64,000 nucleotides of DNA, taken from Octopus vulgaris. Taxonomy: Eukaryota. This document shows, in pieces, positions 55,502 to 64,000 of the stretch. Location: NCBI GenBank assembly GCA_951406725.2, contig OX597821.1, forward strand, positions 44,330,001 through 44,394,000. Direction: 5' to 3'. A model generated the notes under the pieces. That model saw only the letters and a program-made list of their open reading frames with translations. It had not been told where the DNA came from and searched no databases. Within the stretch, counting starts at the first letter, position 1. Every line of letters starts with the position of its first letter. The position numbers and the translations under genes were made by a program.

Positions 55502-55790
55502 TATATATGCTGTTTAAATTCCATAGTACTATTATTGCATGATTATACATCTTAATCATTCTGATATTGCATTGACAAAATCATTTTGGTGCTGGTTCAA
55601 TACCCGCTCAGTTTCTCAATCTACTTCTATTCAATTATTCTCATAAATAAAGCATTTTCAATACCACAGGCTACAGTCAATATTCAGTATCTCTCTCTTT
55701 CTCTCTCTCTCACTCTCTATCTTTCTATCTATCTTTCTTTCTTTCTCTGACTGTCTGTCTATCTCTCTCTACTTCCTTTTCTTTCTTTCT

Positions 55791-56030
55791 CTCTCTCTTT
55801 CTTCCCTCCTTCTTTCTCACTTTCTATCTGTGTTTGTCTGTCTCTGTCTTTCTCTCTCTCTCTCTCATTCTCTCTTTCTCTTTCATTTTGCCCCTTTTCT
55901 CTCTCTCTCTCTCTCTCTTTCTTCCCTCCTTCTTTCTCACTTTCTATCTGTGTTTGTCTGTCTCTGTCTTTCTCTCTCTCTCTCTCATTCTCTCTTTCTC
56001 TTTCATTTTGCCCCTTTCTCTCTCTCTCTC
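55791..56030. repeat. 120-bp tandem duplication within a CT-rich tract
   Basis: 55791-55910 and 55911-56030 are nearly identical. Confidence 0.85.
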
Positions 56031-56611
56031 TCTCTCCCTTTGACTATCTGTGTATGTCTCTCTCTCTCCCTGCCTCTCTCTCTCTGTTCCTCTTTCTCTC
56101 GCTCTTTGTTTCTACCTCTCATTCTCCTTCTATCTCTCCCTTCTCATTTCTCTCTATCCTACTCTCTCTCCCATCTTCTCTCTCGCCCTCTCTCTCCCTC
56201 TCTTTCTCCCATTCACATCTTCCACATGCAATTTAATTCAGCTCTTTACATTTCTGACTCCAAACCTCATCCAGGTCAATTTCACCTTTCGTTGCCTTCC
56301 AAGGATCGACAAAATCAAACACCAATACCAGTCAGACACTGAGATCGATATGATCAACAATACCCCCCCTCCCTACTCCTATAACCCTAGCCTCAAATTT
56401 CTGGCTGATATGTCAGAAACATTACAAGAGACTCTAGTAATGTCCAGTGTTGGTGTGATTATAATTCTTCTCTTCCCCTAAAACCACTTTCAATGTTATG
56501 TCACCACCAATTCCATTATCATCACTTATTATATTATTTAGCTATCACAGACTTCTTCCACTATTTTCAGAACAAGCCATTATAGTCTTTTAGTCCAAAA
56601 TGGAGCCATTC

Positions 56612-56762
56612 AGTTGTTGCGGCTGTCGCTGTTGCTGTTGTTGTTGTTGTTGTTGTTGTTACTGCTGTTGTTGTTGTTGTTGTTGTTGCTGTTGCTGCTG
56701 TTGTTGTTGTTGTTTTTGTTTTTGCTGCTGTTGTTGTTGTTGTTGTTACTGTTTTGGCTGTC
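56612..56762. repeat. (TTG)n/(CTG)n microsatellite
   Basis: Direct reading; source of the poly-C, poly-L and poly-T ORFs. Confidence 0.9.
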
Positions 56763-59534
56763 CATGTTGCTGCCTCGCTTCTCTTCGTCTTATTGTTGTT
56801 CTTGATTCTCTTAAGCAGGAAGTCCTGTCTTTCTATTTCTTCCTCCATGTCAGACCATTTTGTGCACATTGTCTTCCACTCCAATCACACAGGACACATA
56901 TTATATACACTTATTATTTTTGTACATTTTATGGACCCATTATTTTACACCTAATATTTTTGTGCCTATTCTATGCAACCATTATGTGCAACACACTCTA
57001 TACACCCATTATCTTTAATATTTTATGCATTATTTTGGTCACATTTTATACATTCATCATTTTGTACACATGTTGTTTTTGCTGATTCTAAATTAGAATA
57101 AAACTGATAATGGAAATTTTGACCCAAATAAAAAGAAAAATTAAAAAATTAAAATAAATCTGATTTTACAAAAATTTAATTTATTTGAAAGTTTTCCATG
57201 AATTTTTTTTACATTAATTTCATGATGATAGTAGTGGTGGTGATGACGATGATGATGAATTTGATGGGGGGGGGGCACTGAGGTGGCATGTTCTTTTTTT
57301 TTCCACTAAAGGGAGGTAACAATATGTGTTCTTTTGTCATTTCCCCTCTTCTGTTCAATAATTAGTTGCAGGAACCAAATCAACAGTGAAGTATTAACCA
57401 CTTAATTATTTAATGTGATGATTTTCTCTGAGATTTGGTTCCAATTAGAATTATTCAAAATTCATATTTTTCTTCTATTTTATTTTTTAACATTTGAAAT
57501 GCCTAATTTTACGACAGCCAAAATTGTTAGTTCTGCAATTCAAGGGTTTGCATTCAGCATAAATTATTGGCTCAGATGTTTTATGGCCTATAGGAAGATC
57601 TAATTCATGAGGCTGTAATGATGAGGTAAAAATCATTAATGTTTCTGTAGCTTTCTTCATGTGCTGAATTCATTTGAGCCCCTAGTAAAGAGCTTCCTTT
57701 CTTAAAAAGAAGGTTGATTGGTCTTTGTAGGCACAACACACCTTTGTAAAGGACTAATTCTGTAGAAATCTCTCACACAAGAACTGATATCAATAAAATA
57801 TATGCCATAAGATATTTGGTGTTTGGGAATGGAAAAATTGTGGTATCCTTGTATTCTTTCACTAGTTTCTGTCATTTGTTGTGGCTATGCTGGGGCACCA
57901 TGTTCAAAGATTTATACCTTATTGGTTTCAAATTTTGGAATAAGGCCACCAACTTCGTGGGAGAGGTTAATTGATCACATTGACCCCCCAGTGCTCAACT
58001 GGTACTTATTTTATCAACTCTAAAAGGATGAGAGGCAAAGTCAACCCCAGTAGTATTTGTACTCAGAATATAAAGACAGACAAATGCTGCTAAGCATTTT
58101 GCCTGTCATGCTAACGATTCTGCTACATCAACACCCTAATTTAGTCAAATATATTCACCCCCAGTGCTTATTTCATGTACCCAAACAGACACATGTTTAC
58201 ATGTGAGCTTCTGCATAGTTTCCATCAAACGAATTTCACTCAACAAACATTTGTCAACTAGAGGTTACAGTAGAAGTCACGTACCCATGGTACTAGGCAT
58301 TGATATTGAACTTAGAAGTACACGGTTAGGAAATATTCTTCATAACCACTCAGTTGTACCTATACCCATACATACATACATACATACATACATACATACA
58401 TACATACATACATACATACATACATACATACATACATACATACATACATACATGTATATATATATATATATCTTTTATCTTTTACCTGTTTCAGTCATTG
58501 GACTGCAGTCATACTGAGGCACTGCCGTGAAGGGTTTAGTCAAACAAATTAAGCCTAGTACTGTTTTTCTTTTTTTTTTAAGCCTGGCTCTTATTCTATC
58601 AATCTCTGTTTGCCAAACCACTAAATTACAGTGATGTAAACAAACCAACACCAGTTGTCTAGTGGTGGTGGGTGACAAATACTAACAGAGTCATACACAC
58701 AAACACACACACACACACCTACGCCAATAGAATTAGGAAAATTTTCTGCAGTTAGACACCCTTCTTAAGACCAATCATTTTCTTTGCCATCAAGGTAATA
58801 CTTCTCGCTCGAATATTTTTTCATGTGCCACCGGCACAAGTGTCAGTAAAGCGATGCTGGTAACGATCACATTTGAATGCTGCTTTTTATGTGCCACTGG
58901 CACAGGAGCCCGACACAATATATTCTACCTTGGCCATGCTGATCATTCACCCTTGTCTTTGTTCACTTCTGCTATTGCTAATCACTCCTCTAAGGACTTC
59001 ATCTCATTCCTAATATCCCTGCTTTTCCCATTATACTCTTGTCCCTTACACAGTTTCCCCATTATGGTCCTTATGATACCTTGCTCTCTTGTTTTCTCTC
59101 TTTTGCTCTCTCTTTATCTCTCTCTCTCCCATAAGTCACTTGAACCAATGTTCACTCCCTAAGTTATCAAGCAGTTACTGTACTCTACAGTTACGTAGCT
59201 ATTCCCATTACATCTCTCCTGCCAACTTCTGACCTTTCTGCTATCATTGCCCCTCTCCCACATTCCCCTCTTCAGTCTGTATACCTGAAGTTACTGGGTA
59301 CTCCCCACTTTTACTGTGTACTAGGTACCTCACCTTCTTATGCTATGACAAATTCCACCATGTTCTCTCAGCAGGTGAATTGTGATTGAGACAACTTCTA
59401 TAGTATTGGTGCCACAAAATATGCACCCAGTACACTGTACCTATCTATGAGAGCAGTGGTTCCCAAGTTCTATGTAAGAAAAGACTTGTATCTTAACCCA
59501 TCCAACTCATACCAGCATTGAAGGTGGGTGTTAA

Positions 59535-59607
<73 letters not shown>

Positions 59608-60404
59608 CGACAATGGTAATAATGATAATGAAACAGTTTATTGAAACTGAATTTATATGTTAAGTTTCATGCTTTTGTGATCGTCCAGTAAAAACTGCAG
59701 CAACAATCTTTGGTGCTACGCAACAAAACCACCATAACCTATAAATTGCCTGAACAAATCTAACCTTTATCAGAGCTAGAATCTCAAGAGAAAACAACAT
59801 CAAAACAATGAGAACACAAGGTACACAGGGTTCCAAATACAAAAACATGCATATTAACAAATACAGAAAATATATATGTTCCTTCTTCAGCTGCCTAACA
59901 AGTATCATAATGGTTTTGACACCTAGGCAGTATCAGTTAATCTGGTGGTGTCAACAGTGTTAAAAATATAGTCATTGATGTTATTGTGGGTGTGGTTTCT
60001 TGTTTGTATTTGTCCATCAGTTTGTCTAGTTTAGTTTTTGTTTTGTTTTGTTTTTTGCTTCTGTTCATTAGCTGTTGTTTTTATGCTTCTTCATTTGTTA
60101 TTTTGTTTTTGTGGTCTTGTGTTTACTTTGCTAAAATTTGTTGATGACTGATTGTGTTTGTATATTGTTGTTATATTTTTGTTTCTTTGGTGAATTTATC
60201 TGTTAATCTCATAAAGACAGTTTGTATCATTAATTAGGAGGTGGGTGGATTTGTTCTAAACTGTTGATGTTCATGGTAGAATGGTTTTGTTAATGTGAAA
60301 TTTAATTTGGTCAAGATTTGAGTGTTTTAAAATTTTCTATGTTTTAGTGTATAGTTTGATAATGGTGGGGCTATTCTTTACCATGCAAACACACTCATCA
60401 TGAC

Positions 60405-60445
<41 letters not shown>

Positions 60446-60732
60446 CATACACACTCACTGATAGATGTGTGCATGTGCGTAGATAGCTAATACACACACA
60501 TACACATACACACATGTATAATCATTTTAATAGGCACAGGTATGGTTGTATAGTAGGAAACTTGCTTTCCAACCACATGGTTCAGGGTTCAGTCACACTT
60601 CATGGCACCTTGGGCAAGTGTTTATTACTATAGCCTCAGGTCGACCAAAACCTCGTGAGTGGATTTGGTAGACAGAAACTGATAGAAGCCCATCATAAAT
60701 AAGTATGCCTATATGTGGGGGGGGGTAGTGTG

Positions 60733-61190
60733 TTGTAGGGACTTGCATGTCTAATTATTGACCAGATCAGGTCGTATTTTACCTTCTCTTCCCTGAGTTG
60801 CCAGATGAAATCAGCCAGTGATGTTGCGTGCTGTTTAAAGATTTTTTTAAAACCTGGTGATATGGTTTCTATATCTATTTTTGAAAATATCAGCTGATGC
60901 ACTGATATATACATAGGGATCTCCTCTAGTATTTACGGTGCACCTGTACACAACATTTCAGGTTTTGCATTGGTTACCCAGAAGACATTTTGAATGGTCC
61001 CTGCATGAGCATAGATTATCAATTATGTTTGTGCTTGTACAGCCAGTACCTATCCAGTGGGTTCTATTTACATTTGTTCTTGTGGCTACCCTATTATTAT
61101 TTTTATTATTTCTGAGTGTGTTTGTGTTGTTGTTTGAGCTGTTGTGGCTGTCACATAGTTGGTTAGTAAGGTTGTTGTAGTTGTTTTTTC
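60733..61190 (-). mobile_element. Penelope-like element GIY-YIG endonuclease fragment, pseudogenised
   Basis: Minus strand Asn-rich linker, then LCSCRDHSKCLLGNQCKT*NVVYRCTVNTRGDPYVYISASADIFKNRYRNHITRF..TSLADFIWQLREEKVKYDLIWSIIRHASPYN: CxC..C..C, VVY..YI(G), FKxRYxNH motifs of Neptune-type PLEs. Confidence 0.88.
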
Positions 61191-61205
61191 TCTGTTGGTT
61201 AGTGC

Positions 61206-61258
<53 letters not shown>

Positions 61259-63019
61259 CAAACATATGTATATATGTTTGTGTGTGTGTGTGCATGTGTG
61301 CATGTGTGTATGAAATGAAGATGTGCTGTGCAGTGACTTCACTGTTGGGCTTATGATCTTTAGGTTTGTCAGTTCATTATATCCTGGAGAAAAGCATTGC
61401 TTCATTCCAGTCAGTTGAAAATGAGCAGCAGCAGCAGCAGCAGCTGATACTCATTTTCATATGAGTGGGATGTGAATTCATGGAGATAAAGAGACAGACA
61501 GATAGACAGACTGAGAGACAGGCATACAGACGTTAACCGATGTCAACCTACAAACCATTTAAAACTTCCCAATGTCAATGTAGCTGATGATCAACTGAAA
61601 AACATGCCTCAAAGGTTGTTATATTCCTTGTCAATTTTCATGTCTAACTTCTTTCATTGCTAACGTAGCACATTTATGAATGCCAGACTGTATATGGAGA
61701 CCTTTACTTCAGTCACGAACAGTTTGCAGGAGAAAGTTTATTTAATTTTTTTAATTATGTTTAGCAAAGCTCTTAACCCTATACCGTCTTTTGTTAGTAA
61801 TTCTTGGAGAATCAAATATGGGAGGAAAATAACTAATTTGATAGCATGGTTGAACTTTAACAATTCTTTATGATTGAACAACATTATTGCATGCAAGCAA
61901 TTATAACACCTGGCAGTTATTACAGAATTAGTGACATTTGAATCATTTGCATATATATGTATACACACATTTACATACTTATATGTATATTCATATATAT
62001 ATATAAAAGTATATTTACGTGTGTGTGTGTGTTTGTGTGTGTCTATAGAGTGGATGTGTCATTGGGGATTGTGTGTGTATGTGAGTGTAAAAAATATGTA
62101 TTCTTAAATCAAACATATTCTTTCCTTGAATATGCTGTAAAAGAGAACAATTTTTCCCTTGTATATTAATAATTTTACCCTTAGGGTCTTAAAATTTATC
62201 TGTAAACAACATGGAATTGAACTCAGAGACATTCATCCTTATTTTCCACTGAAATTCATTAGTAATTAGTGGCATTTATATTCAAATTATCTCAATAATG
62301 AGAAATAGAGAAAAGGTGTTTTGTTTTTTTATATTTTTCCTTTACTGTTATAGATTCAACATATTACCATTTCCCTTTGGAGTACTATAAAATATAGTAT
62401 TTGGTCCCATCACTTTACATTCTAAGTTCAAATCCATAGTCAGTAAAATATATAGTGATGTAATCAATTACACTGCTCCCACAAATTTGGAGGTTGAGTT
62501 GATTAAGTCAAAAACACTTTCCATTTTCTTCATCAGCCAGGTCTGGTCAAGATATATAGAAAACAAAAAAATTATTCTAGATGTACTGATTCGGTGTCCA
62601 GGTTTTTCTAATTTGTAGAGTATTATCAAACTGCAGCATGAAGGGCACATCTAGGTATTAGCAGAACTTATTATGAAGACAGCCTCCACTTTCCTTTCAC
62701 TTGGTAGGCTGATTGTTTTCCTGTCTGGAGGCTATGATAAAAATGTTTGTGCAGTCGACAAGATTAAACAGACAGAAAACAGCCACTATTCTCTTTAACC
62801 AAGTCCTCTTTGGTCTTTTTCAAGTCTCATCTGGAGAAGAAAGTGCTTCCTCCAGTAAATTTGCTGAAAGAAGCTATTGAATATAGCCCAAGGGAAGGGA
62901 TCCTACAGTAAGAATGTGTCTGTAAAACAGGAGATTTTAACTAAGAGAGGCCACTTTTTCCTGGTGGTTAGACTACTCCAGTATCTGTGGAGATACCTTG
63001 TTAATCAACAACCAGAGGT

Positions 63020-64000
63020 TTTATTGGCATCTTATTATCTTTTTGCCATCTTATTTTTGTTATTTTCCTTTTAGAGATACATTATCATCTGTTAGGATTG
63101 ATATGCCAATTAGAAGACATTTTTTTCTTGATGATCTCTGATAGCTATATCTGATCAATTAGCTTTAATCTCTATATCTGTGTAGGTTGACATATCCAAG
63201 AGTATGGTTGCTTTGTCATTTTCTGAAACCTTTTCTATGATGTAGAAGCTCTACTGAGCATTCTATTTCAATCTCATTTGGCCATTTGTCTATATCTTGA
63301 CTTACTGTTCCCAACACACCAATTATTGTAGGCACAACTTTTACTTTCTCATGCTCCAAATTCTTCTTATTTCAAATTTTTGAGGATTATTTTTTTTTGC
63401 TTTTCTACCTCTTTCTTTATGATCCTGAAATCAAATGGGCACGATGGGTAGATAATTAAGCAACCTCACTTTTCTTTATCTGTGATCATAATATCTGGTC
63501 TATTATTATCTAACTTTTTGTCCATTTGAAGAGGTAAGTCCTACAAAATCTTACACTTCTCCAACTCTAGCACTCTTTCAAATCAGTGAGTGTACCATGT
63601 GTTTCCAGCTTCAAATCTGGCAGTTTCCAGTGTAAAACTTGGTCTTGCCACCATTTCTTATATTCTTCTTGTGCCAACTTGGGGCATTCTTCCACAATGT
63701 GTGGTACTGTCTCGTTCCAAGTTCCACAGGCTCTACATTTTTCTGACAAATTCTCTCCATATATATTTTTTCTCAAGTTGTTTATTTTATTGCTTGATCT
63801 TGGGCTGCTTACAATTAGGCTCTCTGTTTTCGTTCCAGAAACATCTTCAGTGGCTCTCCAAAATTGGCCATGCAGAAGTTTCTCTTCAATCTGTCTGATG
63901 TGCTCTCTTTGTATTTCATTCTTGCCCTTTTCTCCTATTATGCACTTCATCACCTGTTCTTTCTTAACCACCTTTAGTAATTTTCCTGTGCTGCTCTGTT
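63020..64000 (-). mobile_element. R4/Dong-like non-LTR retrotransposon 3' region(s), pseudogenised; runs off window end
   Basis: EKLLHGQF..ESLIVAAQDQA..KCRACGTWNETVPHIVEECPKLAQEEYK (CCHC knuckle)..NNRPDIMI..VVPTIIGVLGTV, followed by a second RLE segment KVSENDKATILLDM..TDIEIKAN*SDIAIRDHQEKKCLLI. Confidence 0.88.

Noticed and set aside
56600-57085. Cys-rich 161-aa ORF (metallothionein or toxin-like)
   Set aside because: The poly-Cys comes from a (TGT)n microsatellite; no signal peptide or splice support.
59375-59385. Candidate terminal exon after the LDLa exon (cag|GT GAA TTG TGA giving C-E-L-stop)
   Set aside because: Chance-level match inside repeat-derived sequence, with no supporting homology.

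Overview
AT-rich eukaryotic genomic DNA, dense in microsatellites and transposon debris. The repeat content (tRNA-derived SINEs, RTE-LINE tails ending in (TGA)n, Penelope, R4/Dong, mariner, hAT, piggyBac and MULE-type pieces) looks like a coleoid cephalopod, most likely Octopus; this is pattern recognition, not a database result. Almost all ORFs in the supplied track are microsatellite artefacts. The one real gene is on the + strand: four phase-compatible exons (20723-20911, 35308-35452, 48700-48779, 51300-51455) splice into 190 codons encoding one CUB domain followed by an LDL-receptor class A module with an unusual extra cysteine pair (NETO/SOL-1/LEV-10-like architecture). Its 5' and 3' ends were not found. 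The most interesting signals are intronic. Penelope-type pseudo-LTR fragments from three diverged families carry minimal hammerhead ribozymes and share a co-varying multi-hairpin motif. One of them forms a nearly perfect 125-bp hairpin about 70 nt downstream of exon 3. Inverted RTE tails bracket exons 3-4. There is also a three-level transposon nest (hAT > MULE > SINE fragments) and a possible U3:A8 hammerhead variant.
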